IMG/VR virus record: IMGVR_UViG_3300044712_001255
Location: 260,469 to 324,468 of that record
Reading direction: 5' to 3' (one strand)
Length of the DNA stretch: 64,000 nucleotides
Positions 16,507 through 24,234 of this stretch are shown in pieces (positions within the stretch are counted from its first letter, which is position 1; every line of letters begins with the position of its first letter). The notes below the pieces were generated by a model. The model was not told where the DNA came from. It made no database searches and was given only the letters and a program-made list of their open reading frames with translations. A program made the translations under genes and the position numbers.

Positions 16507-16797
16507 ATGATGGAACAAGAAGACATGCAGACGGTGAATGTGCCTGAGCGTCGACCTGACGCTGTCCTACTTGAGACTGGCGAGTTTGAAGTCGTTAGAA
16601 AGCTTCGCTCTCGCATCCTCGATCAACACGCCAAGATGTACCCGTGGGTGTATATCACCAGGGTTGGATACGGAGACGATGTGAAGTACGTCCTCTCGGT
16701 TGCGAATGGTTTCGGCGGAAAGCTGTCATCTAGCGAGCTTGAGAAGATTGCTGCCTCGGTCTCTGAAGAGCTGGAAAATCTCACGTTGCCTTCATAG
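16507..16797 (+). CDS. Hypothetical protein
   Basis: ORF directly after the promoter motif. Confidence 0.65.
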   Translation: MMEQEDMQTVNVPERRPDAVLLETGEFEVVRKLRSRILDQHAKMYPWVYITRVGYGDDVKYVLSVANGFGGKLSSSELEKIAASVSEELENLTLPS

Positions 16798-16859
16798 TAA
16801 AACGGAAATAATGGTGCGCTTCGAACGCACAGTTCTAGGTTCGAATCCTAGTGAGGGCA
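16788..16859 (+). tRNA. tRNA-Arg(TCG)
   Basis: gtgcg-cttcgaa-cgcac. Confidence 0.85.
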
Positions 16860-16870
16860 CACCATTATTT

Positions 16871-16943
16871 CTCTTCGTAGTTCAGTGGATAGAACATCGC
16901 TTTCCTAAAGCGAATGTCATGTGTTCAAATCACATCGAAGAGA
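16871..16943 (+). tRNA. tRNA-Arg(CCT)
   Basis: tcgct-ttcctaa-agcga. Confidence 0.9.
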
Positions 16944-16947
16944 CTAC

Positions 16948-17021
16948 GTCCCCATAGCTCAGCTGGATAGAGCGTCGGCCTTCTAAGCCGAATGTCGTAG
17001 GTTCGAATCCTACTGGGGATG
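16948..17021 (+). tRNA. tRNA-Arg(TCT)
   Basis: tcggc-cttctaa-gccga. Confidence 0.93.
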
Positions 17022-17025
17022 CTAA

Positions 17026-17054
17026 GTGTAGACGAACATAAAGTGTGGTAAGTT
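17026..17054 (+). promoter_or_regulatory. GTGTA-N18-TAAGTT promoter (leaderless)
   Basis: ATG 17061 is 6 nt downstream. Confidence 0.6.
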
Positions 17055-17060
17055 GAAATT

Positions 17061-17474
17061 ATGGAAACGTCAAATAGCAACATGGCGAACGTCATCATGG
17101 AAACTTGGACGGAATCCGAAAGCGGATGGGGCTGTCGTCCAGACGGATGTTCATTGCACCTCAATCTTGCTGATCTTGATGCTTACGTCAAGGAATATTG
17201 GGCAAAAATGCCTAAGGAAGTTCCGTATGAGTATAGCACACCAGACGAAAGTCCTAAGTTGATTTCTATCCCAAGGGACAGTTCAGAATACAAACGCCTG
17301 TTGGAAACTTGCAATGGTGTTCGACTTTGTCAGGACGAAATCAATAAGCTACGTTATCCCAACGGGTGGAAACAAGGAGCACATGATGAAACAAACCCTC
17401 GCAAGATCGTTGATGATGTGTCTAGTAATGTTGTCACTCGTTCAACTGCTGACCAGCTGTTACGCAGAGTTTGA
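17061..17474 (+). CDS. Hypothetical phage protein
   Basis: WTESESGWGCRPDGCSLH motif. Confidence 0.7.
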   Translation: METSNSNMANVIMETWTESESGWGCRPDGCSLHLNLADLDAYVKEYWAKMPKEVPYEYSTPDESPKLISIPRDSSEYKRLLETCNGVRLCQDEINKLRYPNGWKQGAHDETNPRKIVDDVSSNVVTRSTADQLLRRV

Positions 17475-17597
17475 TTTTCCAATCAAGACTCCACGTACAG
17501 ATCCTTGCACGTCAAAGACAGACGTGGCATACGTGTACATCAATCCAACGTGTAGAAATCCTCGAATCATTGTTAGAAAGCCAGAATAGGAGAAAAC

Positions 17598-17837
17598 ATG
17601 GAAAAGAGTAAAAAGCAACAGGATATTGAAGGCAAGTTGGTGGCGTGGCGTAAGCTTACTCCCGCGGAGCAGCTCGCTGATTTGGACCGTCGCCTCGGTA
17701 AGGGCGTTGGCGCCGCAAAGCAGCGCGCTCGCATTCAGGCAAAGCTCGATAAGCAGCCCGCCAAGGCTGAGGCGATTGCTACTGACGTTGTCAAGGAGCG
17801 TCCTCAGCGCCCGAAGCGGCAGAAGAAGGACAAGTGA
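17598..17837 (+). CDS. Small basic protein
   Basis: LTPAEQLADLDRRLGKGVGAAKQRARI, SD ggag. Confidence 0.7.
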   Translation: MEKSKKQQDIEGKLVAWRKLTPAEQLADLDRRLGKGVGAAKQRARIQAKLDKQPAKAEAIATDVVKERPQRPKRQKKDK

Positions 17838-18895
17838 CAAATCGATCACTCACTGTCATTCAACAGGGTGCGCTTCGATGTGTCTCTTCTGAGGGATACA
17901 ACTACACGTTTGATACCGAGACGGGTCGGTTTGCTCGATGGGGCAAGACTGCTAATGACGATCCCATCATGGCTCCACACCCAGAAATTGCAGATATTGA
18001 AGTAACCACTATCTGCGCTGGCGTTGGTGGAAAGCTGTGTGGGCACTGTTATAAGTCCAACACTCGCAGCGGATCGAACATGTCACTCGATACCTACAAG
18101 CGAGTTTTTGATCGCATCGCAGCGTCAGGCACTCTCACGCAGGTTGCATTTGGCGCAGACAGCACTGGACGAGCAAATCCTGATCTCATTGAGATGATGA
18201 AATACACTCGTTCAAAGGGAGTTGTACCAAACATCACAATTGCCGACATTGATGACGACATGGCCCAGCAACTTGCAAGCGTTTGTGGTGCTGTGGCCGT
18301 GAGTCGATATGCTGACAAGAACTATTGCTATGATTCTGTGGCGAGGTTGTCAGCAGCTGGTCTCAAGCAGATCAACATTCATTTGATGATCAGCCGCGAG
18401 ACGTTTGATTGGGCATATGAGACGATCAAGGACGTTCATTCTGATCCTCGACTAAAGGGGTTGAAGGCAGTAATCTTGCTGTCTCTCAAGCAAAAAGGTC
18501 GGGGAACTCGGTACAACACTCTCGTTCAGTCGCAGTTCGCAAAGCTTGTGCGAGAGTCCGTGGATTACAACGTTCAAATTGGATTTGACAGTTGCAGTTC
18601 ATTGAAGTTCTTGAGAACACTCAAGAAGAATCATCCGGATTACCCCCGCATCAAGCAGCAGGTCGAGCCGTGTGAAAGCACTCTGTTTTCAGTGTTTGTG
18701 AATCACAAGGGTGAGACTTTCCCGTGTTCCTTCACGGAAGGCACGCCAAATTGGGAAAGCGGAATTGATACACTTGCGTATGATGATTTCAATGATGTGT
18801 GGAATCACACCAGGATGCAAGACTTTAGGGCAAAATTGCTTGCGTCAGACAAGAATGAACATGAATGCCGAGAGTGCACGTTATTCAACGTGTGA
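17834..18895 (+). CDS. Radical SAM/SPASM protein
   Basis: CAGVGGKLCGHC (CX7CX2C), C-terminal PCESTLFS...PCSF...C..C. Confidence 0.88.
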   Translation: MTNRSLTVIQQGALRCVSSEGYNYTFDTETGRFARWGKTANDDPIMAPHPEIADIEVTTICAGVGGKLCGHCYKSNTRSGSNMSLDTYKRVFDRIAASGTLTQVAFGADSTGRANPDLIEMMKYTRSKGVVPNITIADIDDDMAQQLASVCGAVAVSRYADKNYCYDSVARLSAAGLKQINIHLMISRETFDWAYETIKDVHSDPRLKGLKAVILLSLKQKGRGTRYNTLVQSQFAKLVRESVDYNVQIGFDSCSSLKFLRTLKKNHPDYPRIKQQVEPCESTLFSVFVNHKGETFPCSFTEGTPNWESGIDTLAYDDFNDVWNHTRMQDFRAKLLASDKNEHECRECTLFNV

Positions 18896-18906
18896 AAGAA
18901 GGAAAA

Positions 18907-19443
18907 ATGAAGATTAGAGATGGTTTTGTAAGTAATAGCAGCTCAACGTCGTTCACTTGCTCAGTCACTGGCACAGTCCTCACGGGATATGACGGTGAAT
19001 ATGACGAAGCAATCTGTACTTGTCAGCATTGTGGTGCTGAATTTCTGGCGTCAGAGTTGTATACTCCCAAGCAACCCACTGAAGAATTTATGAAGATTGC
19101 TATTGCTGCTTCACGCAATGAATACGATGAAGACGAAGACGACAATGTTGAGTCAAGCGCAATACCTGAGAAGCTGAGCGAACTTAAGAAAGCTTACAAG
19201 CTTGCAGTTGACAAGATCAAGTCTGGGAGTGGGAACACATACGTTCCAAAGGAAATGTGCCCAATTTGCACGCTTGATTACATTGATGATAATGATTTGC
19301 TTCATTATTTGATGGCAAAGACAGGCGTAGTTGACGTCTCTGAGATTTACGATGAGATCAAGGCAACTTTTCAGGACCATGATTTGTTGAAGAATTTTCT
19401 TGACACAATTGCAATCAAGAGGAGCAAGAAAGATGAAGATTAG
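18907..19443 (+). CDS. MKIRxGFVSNSSS-motif zinc-finger protein 1
   Basis: N-terminal MKIRDGFVSNSSSTSF and CxxC pairs. Confidence 0.8.
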   Translation: MKIRDGFVSNSSSTSFTCSVTGTVLTGYDGEYDEAICTCQHCGAEFLASELYTPKQPTEEFMKIAIAASRNEYDEDEDDNVESSAIPEKLSELKKAYKLAVDKIKSGSGNTYVPKEMCPICTLDYIDDNDLLHYLMAKTGVVDVSEIYDEIKATFQDHDLLKNFLDTIAIKRSKKDED

Positions 19444-19969
19444 AGACGGATTTGTAAGTAATAGCAGCTCAACATCATTCACGTGTCAAATTTCCGGGCG
19501 TGCGTTAGCCGGTCGAGATGGTGAATATGAGGAAGGTACGTGTACGTGCATCAAATGTGGCACAGATTTTCTATCTCATTACGCACTTAAAGTTGACATT
19601 GATCAACTTTCTATTGCGCAAAAGCGTGACATCTTGTCCGTAATGAATGAATCAAACTACGGCGGTGGCGCATTCGAAAATCTTGAAATTGACGATCCCA
19701 AGCAGATAATCAACGTGACGGATGATGTGATTACGTCAACAATGATCGCCGTCAAGCAACAGATTGAAGATGGATATGAACACACCGACGTACACGAAGT
19801 TTTCTGTCCATGCTGCAATTTGACTCACATCATTGATGCTGACGTAACTGATTATCTGATGGCAAAGTGCGGTTTCTTCACCAAAGATGCCGTACGAGAT
19901 GAAATTCGTAGTGTTTTCAACTCACGAGAAACATTGCAAAACTTCACAAAGACAATGTTGCGTAAGTAA
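19433..19969 (+). CDS. MKIRxGFVSNSSS-motif zinc-finger protein 2
   Basis: Tandem paralog with an identical 18-aa N-terminus. Confidence 0.8.
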   Translation: MKIRDGFVSNSSSTSFTCQISGRALAGRDGEYEEGTCTCIKCGTDFLSHYALKVDIDQLSIAQKRDILSVMNESNYGGGAFENLEIDDPKQIINVTDDVITSTMIAVKQQIEDGYEHTDVHEVFCPCCNLTHIIDADVTDYLMAKCGFFTKDAVRDEIRSVFNSRETLQNFTKTMLRK

Positions 19970-19975
19970 CATTGA

Positions 19976-20049
19976 GTGCGGCGACTGTAGCTGGTGAAAC
20001 TGCCTGCTCGACAAGCAGGATATGGTGGGTTCGATCCCCACGCTGCACA
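19976..20049 (+). tRNA. tRNA-Val(GAC), atypical
   Basis: cctgc-tcgacaa-gcagg, C33, weak D arm. Confidence 0.7.
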
Positions 20050-20102
20050 CGGGAGTGTAACATACGCATCCGTTGGTATAGATTCAATAATCGGAGGTCT
20101 CA

Positions 20103-20489
20103 ATGAACGAAGTGAAGCAGGTGATCGTAGTTCGTAAAGATCTCTCAATGAGGAAAGGAAAAATGTGTTCTCAAGTTGCTCACGCAGCTATGAAGTTCAT
20201 CCTTGATAACAATGACGCTGATAAAGCGGATAAAATTCAGGTCGATTTGACGGCGGCCGAGGCAGAATGGGTGAGTGGTACATTCACAAAAATTGTTGTA
20301 GGTTGTGATTCTGAGGATGAGCTTGAACAGCTTATTCTAAAGGCTCAAGTGATGGGCGTCACAGTTCACAAGATCATTGACAATGGCAATACAGAATTTC
20401 ATGGTGAGAAAACACTGACATGCGCGGCCTTCGGACCTGCGTATACAGATGAGCTCAATCCAATCACAGGACACCTAAAGTTGCTGTGA
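20103..20489 (+). CDS. pth2: Peptidyl-tRNA hydrolase, Pth2 type
   Basis: KQVIVVRKDLSMRKGKMCSQVAHAA, KIVV, IIDNGNTEF, TCAAFGP, ITGHLKLL. Confidence 0.93.
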   Translation: MNEVKQVIVVRKDLSMRKGKMCSQVAHAAMKFILDNNDADKADKIQVDLTAAEAEWVSGTFTKIVVGCDSEDELEQLILKAQVMGVTVHKIIDNGNTEFHGEKTLTCAAFGPAYTDELNPITGHLKLL

Positions 20490-20493
20490 ATTT

Positions 20494-20565
20494 GGCCCAC
20501 GCACCAGCTGGTGACGGTACTTGGCTTACACCCAAGCATGCACAGTTCGATCCTGCGGTGGGCTA
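20494..20565 (+). tRNA. tRNA-Val(TAC), atypical second copy
   Basis: cttgg-cttacac-ccaag, no U8. Confidence 0.65.
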
Positions 20566-20567
20566 CG

Positions 20568-20792
20568 ATGTCAGAAGATAAGACATATATCTTTTTTGGT
20601 AGTGGAAGCAATCGTTCGTTGGTGGCTCAAGACCTCGAGGGTGCCCTCGTTCAATTGGTGAGCATAAAGGGTAGGCTTCCCAATACAATGGGCGCTGTTC
20701 CCAAGGGTGACTTTCGAAGAACTAAAGAAAATGACTATGAATTCTTCCCAAATGGAGAATTTTCTGAAACACTGTTTGAAACAACATGGTAG
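20568..20792 (+). CDS. Hypothetical protein
   Basis: ORF starting right after the tRNA. Confidence 0.55.
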   Translation: MSEDKTYIFFGSGSNRSLVAQDLEGALVQLVSIKGRLPNTMGAVPKGDFRRTKENDYEFFPNGEFSETLFETTW

Positions 20793-20814
20793 AACGTACT
20801 AAAAGATAAATCAT

Positions 20815-20902
20815 AGAAGGTTGGCCGAGTGGTCTAAGGCGACGATTTTGAAAATCGTAGGTCCTCAAAAGGGACCCGGGAGTTCGAATCTCTCACCTTC
20901 TG
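20815..20902 (+). tRNA. tRNA-Ser(TGA)
   Basis: acgat-tttgaaa-atcgt, long variable arm, G73. Confidence 0.92.
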
Positions 20903-20913
20903 CTATGTACTTT

Positions 20914-20998
20914 GGAAGTGTGTCCGAGAGGCTTAAGGTAGCTGTTTGCTAAACAGCCGGCGGTAAAACGCCCGCAGGTTCGATTCCTGCCACTTCCG
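20914..20998 (+). tRNA. tRNA-Ser(GCT)
   Basis: gctgt-ttgctaa-acagc. Confidence 0.92.
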
Positions 20999-21001
20999 TG
21001 A

Positions 21002-21244
21002 ATGAAATTTACAATTAAAACACTTGTGAGTGAAAAGAACTTCACACTCGAGCACTTCGAAGGCTACATCATCTGTCTTCGCAAAGAAGTCGCAGGTGTG
21101 AAGGGATTCATGTTGCTTGGGTTTCTTCAAGAACTCTGGATACCAATTTCATTATTGACATTGTCACAAATCAAAGTATTGTTGAAAGTGATGAGAGATC
21201 GTAAGAAAAGATATCCATTGGTGATTTCAAAAAAACGTAAGTAA
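21002..21244 (+). CDS. Hypothetical protein
   Basis: 80 aa ORF filling the gap between tRNAs. Confidence 0.55.
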   Translation: MKFTIKTLVSEKNFTLEHFEGYIICLRKEVAGVKGFMLLGFLQELWIPISLLTLSQIKVLLKVMRDRKKRYPLVISKKRK

Positions 21245-21245
21245 T

Positions 21246-21332
21246 GGAAATGTGGCCGAGAGGTTTAAGGCACCAATTTCGAAAATTGGCAGGGGCTACC
21301 GCCCCTCATAGGTTCGAATCCTATTGCTTCTG
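21246..21332 (+). tRNA. tRNA-Ser(CGA)
   Basis: ccaat-ttcgaaa-attgg. Confidence 0.88.
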
Positions 21333-21344
21333 CTGGAGTAAAGT

Positions 21345-21545
21345 ATGTTACGCAAAATTCTACGTTGGCTTGATGAATATGCATTTTTACGATATGGACA
21401 TCAATTCACTACGGTTAAGTACGAAGAACCAATTTCAACTTGTTTGATTCCTAAAGAAATCATCTTAACTGACGAGGACATTACGTATGGAAAACAGCTC
21501 GCAGAACAACTCGCAAAAAGAAGCGCTAACGCAGGATATCGATAA
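21345..21545 (+). CDS. Hypothetical protein
   Basis: SD ggag. Confidence 0.5.
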   Translation: MLRKILRWLDEYAFLRYGHQFTTVKYEEPISTCLIPKEIILTDEDITYGKQLAEQLAKRSANAGYR

Positions 21546-21708
21546 TGATATCGCGTGGCTAAAGAAAAAGAGCCACCAGAAACTCAAGACAGAACAGGAG
21601 ACAAGAGAGGCTCGTCGTATCTTCAAACGCCTGACGTCTAAGAAGCAACGTAAATATGGTAAGAAGATTATAGAAAATGTTGATGAGGACGATGAAGCGA
21701 TCGATTGA
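21487..21708 (+). CDS. Small basic protein
   Basis: 73 aa K/R-rich ORF. Confidence 0.5.
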   Translation: MENSSQNNSQKEALTQDIDNDIAWLKKKSHQKLKTEQETREARRIFKRLTSKKQRKYGKKIIENVDEDDEAID

Positions 21709-21721
21709 TACTTAAAACATC

Positions 21722-22123
21722 ATGGGCGTACCGACGAGAGACACATTGGTCGAAAATGTAGCGCGGGGATGCTACGAATTGCAACTGATTCAATATGAAC
21801 TCAAGGGAATTTTTCTGCCGCATTGGGACAACAATGATCCCAACCTTGACGCAAGCGCAAGAGCGCTTTTAGAAGCATCAAAGACAGATATGTTGGGATT
21901 CACATATGCATCTCTCGCAGGATGGGATCCAATACGCCAACACGAATCGTGGTTATTTGATCAGGCAGTTCTTGGATGGACATACGGTGATTCATATGAT
22001 CCCGTAAATAAAAAAGATCCACGCATGGTTCATTGGGATGAGTACCCACAAGAGAAACAAATGGAAATTATGCAAGCGTTCAAGGTGATTCGTACGCTTT
22101 GTGCGCTTATTGGACTAATTTAG
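21722..22123 (+). CDS. RyR-repeat-like domain protein
   Basis: HESW...GWTYGDSYDPVNKKDPRMVHWDEYP. Confidence 0.75.
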   Translation: MGVPTRDTLVENVARGCYELQLIQYELKGIFLPHWDNNDPNLDASARALLEASKTDMLGFTYASLAGWDPIRQHESWLFDQAVLGWTYGDSYDPVNKKDPRMVHWDEYPQEKQMEIMQAFKVIRTLCALIGLI

Positions 22124-22208
22124 TAGGGTGGCCGAGAGGCTTAAGGCACCGCGCTGGAAACGCGGAGGTCCCGTAAGGGACCCGCACGTTCGAATCGTGT
22201 CTCTACTG
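22122..22208 (+). tRNA. tRNA-Ser(GGA)
   Basis: ccgcg-ctggaaa-cgcgg. Confidence 0.92.
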
Positions 22209-22226
22209 CGGTGGAATAGTTAAGAC

Positions 22227-22460
22227 ATGCGTATCAAGGTTGGTGAACTTCGTAAGTTAGTGCGTGAATCGTTGGAAGGGCCAACAGCCTGGAGTGATTT
22301 GCCACGAATTGAGCAGATCAAGTCAGAATATTCGGACATCTACAAGGAAAAATTTGGCATTCGTCCAAGATGGAAGCTAGCAGAGCTTGAACAGATGTCG
22401 TTAGAAGACGCAGAGGCTGTTCTTCAGGAACTTCTTGACACGCCGGGTGATGAATTTTGA
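22227..22460 (+). CDS. Hypothetical protein
   Basis: MRIKVGELRKLVRES; YSDIYKEKFGIRPR; follows the ATAGTTA motif. Confidence 0.7.
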   Translation: MRIKVGELRKLVRESLEGPTAWSDLPRIEQIKSEYSDIYKEKFGIRPRWKLAELEQMSLEDAEAVLQELLDTPGDEF

Positions 22461-22489
22461 GTGTAAGTGTTTGAAACACCAGATATAAT
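22461..22489 (+). promoter_or_regulatory. GTGTA-N18-TATAAT promoter for the Gly/Leu tRNAs
   Basis: Consensus -10, 8 nt before tRNA-Gly. Confidence 0.7.
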
Positions 22490-22497
22490 GGTGTTAT

Positions 22498-22570
22498 GCG
22501 GTAGTAGTTCAGTTGGTAGAACGTCTGCTTGCCATGCAGAAGGTCGCGGGATCGTACCCCGCTTACCGCT
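22498..22570 (+). tRNA. tRNA-Gly(GCC)
   Basis: tctgc-ttgccat-gcaga, U73. Confidence 0.88.
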
Positions 22571-22571
22571 C

Positions 22572-22642
22572 GCGGAATTGGTATATTGGTCGTGCCTTGG
22601 GTTTCCAACCCAAAGAAACCGTTTCGATTACGGTATTCCGCT
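22572..22642 (+). tRNA. tRNA-Gly(TCC)
   Basis: ttggg-tttccaa-cccaa. Confidence 0.85.
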
Positions 22643-22671
22643 CATAAGAATGCAGATTGTTTGAAAATTAC

Positions 22672-22754
22672 GCTATCGTGGTGGAACTGGCAGACACGCT
22701 AGTCTCAAAAACTGGTGCCCAAAAGGCGTGTGGGTTCGACTCCCACCGATAGCA
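22672..22754 (+). tRNA. tRNA-Leu(CAA)
   Basis: ctagt-ctcaaaa-actgg. Confidence 0.9.
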
Positions 22755-22755
22755 C

Positions 22756-22839
22756 GGCCCCTTGTTGGAATTGGTAGACAACGTCGATTTAAAATCGATT
22801 GCGATAAAAAGCGTCTCGGTTCGAGTCCGGGAGGGGCTA
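22756..22839 (+). tRNA. tRNA-Leu(TAA)
   Basis: gtcga-tttaaaa-tcgat. Confidence 0.85.
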
Positions 22840-22843
22840 CAAA

Positions 22844-23164
22844 ATGTCGAATCGCAAGAAGGAAATAAGAGAAGTATTTCGACAATGCGTTTTTTCTCGA
22901 GACAAATTTAGATGTGTGATGTGTGGAATTGCAGGAACGCAAGATACGCTTGATGCACATCATATTACTGATCGTAAATTGATGCCCAATGGTGGGTATG
23001 TTGTTTCAAATGGAATTAGTCTTTGCGCTGATTGTCACATAAAGGCTGAAGAATTTCATATATCTGGAGGCGATCATGTTGACATCGGGTGGGCGCCCGT
23101 TGACCTTTATAAGAGAATCAACTCTTCATTTCAAAGAGCATTCATTGATAGCGAAAAATTATGA
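22844..23164 (+). CDS. HNH endonuclease
   Basis: RDKFRCVMCG...LDAHHI...NGISLCADCH. Confidence 0.88.
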   Translation: MSNRKKEIREVFRQCVFSRDKFRCVMCGIAGTQDTLDAHHITDRKLMPNGGYVVSNGISLCADCHIKAEEFHISGGDHVDIGWAPVDLYKRINSSFQRAFIDSEKL

Positions 23165-23466
23165 GCGATGGTAGCAAATTACACATTCAATCTCTTCTAG
23201 AAGGAATTCCCGTCAAATTTCGTCCTCACGGCAATAGCATGGTGCCAATCATTTACAGCGGTCAACTTGTGACGATCTCCCCCTTGACGCGAGAACCAGA
23301 AGTTGGTGACGCAGTGCTATGCAAGGTTCGAGGGCGACAAATGTTGCATAAGGTAATTGCAATTGGCAGTGACGGACGTTTCCAAATTGGGAACAATCAT
23401 GGTCTCATCAACGGGTGGTGCACCAGACAAAATATTTTTGGCGTCCTTACCTGTGTCGAACCATGA
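23161..23466 (+). CDS. S24/S26 peptidase-like protein
   Basis: GNSMVP, GDAV, HKV. Confidence 0.7.
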   Translation: MSDGSKLHIQSLLEGIPVKFRPHGNSMVPIIYSGQLVTISPLTREPEVGDAVLCKVRGRQMLHKVIAIGSDGRFQIGNNHGLINGWCTRQNIFGVLTCVEP

Positions 23467-23630
23467 AAATTCTTCCTGTCGACATAATTGAAAGATATGG
23501 CCAATTTCAAGAGAGGTCGCGCAAAGAACAGAAGACACGGATGCCTGCTTTGCAAGCCGTGGAAGATGAACGGCGGCAAGAAGAAGTTGTGCAAACACAA
23601 GTATCGTTGCGAATCGATCTCTATGCGTGA
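23463..23630 (+). CDS. Small hypothetical protein
   Basis: ATGA overlap with the upstream gene. Confidence 0.45.
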   Translation: MKILPVDIIERYGQFQERSRKEQKTRMPALQAVEDERRQEEVVQTQVSLRIDLYA

Positions 23631-23635
23631 GCAGA

Positions 23636-24157
23636 TCAACGAACTAGATGAACGTTGACAATACACCCCCACTCAAGTGCTTCTTTTGCCAATAACTTTG
23701 CGCCATTGATGTGAAAGTTATTGTCATCATAGAATTCCACTTGACGTAGGCCACGTTGCTTGATCAATTGCGCAATATATCGCGCCTTTCCAGGTGGAAT
23801 GTCTGCTTTCTCGCCGAGTGCCATGACTTCGCATCCCGGCATATTGTGCATATCAAGGAACTCCTTGGGTCCATTGGGAGATCCTCGGGCAGTCATCACC
23901 ATCACGCCTTCAGGACCCAATCGCTTGTATGCGTCCTTTGCTATGTCGAGAATCTCATCATTCTCGTGAAATTCGGGCGCAAGCGACTGGAATTGACTCA
24001 TATCGTATGAGTACTGTGTTTCGTCCATGCGATGTTCTCGCCATTGTCGAGAATCTAGCCATTGGACCTCACCAGTGTCGAGGTCAGTTACCTTGATGCG
24101 TGCATCAGAGACACACAACGTATCATCAAAGTCGAAAATGTAAAGCTTGTTTGGCAT
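23636..24157 (-). CDS. HAD-superfamily phosphatase
   Basis: IFDFDDTL, MTARG, K, FYDD. Confidence 0.85.
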   Translation of the reverse strand: MPNKLYIFDFDDTLCVSDARIKVTDLDTGEVQWLDSRQWREHRMDETQYSYDMSQFQSLAPEFHENDEILDIAKDAYKRLGPEGVMVMTARGSPNGPKEFLDMHNMPGCEVMALGEKADIPPGKARYIAQLIKQRGLRQVEFYDDNNFHINGAKLLAKEALEWGCIVNVHLVR

Positions 24158-24194
24158 CTAGCTTACCTAGCAAATCCTATCCCTCTTATACGCG

Positions 24195-24224
24195 GTGTAC
24201 TCGAGCGTCATTGTGTGGTAATGT
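24195..24224 (+). promoter_or_regulatory. GTGTA-N19-TAATGT promoter
   Basis: Upstream of the RNA ligase. Confidence 0.5.
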
Positions 24225-24234
24225 ACCTATAAAT

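Noticed and set aside
18907-19482. DGR template/variable repeat pair (near-identical 50-nt repeats)
   Set aside because: The differences are synonymous and not adenine-specific, both copies are gene starts, and there is no reverse transcriptase in the window.
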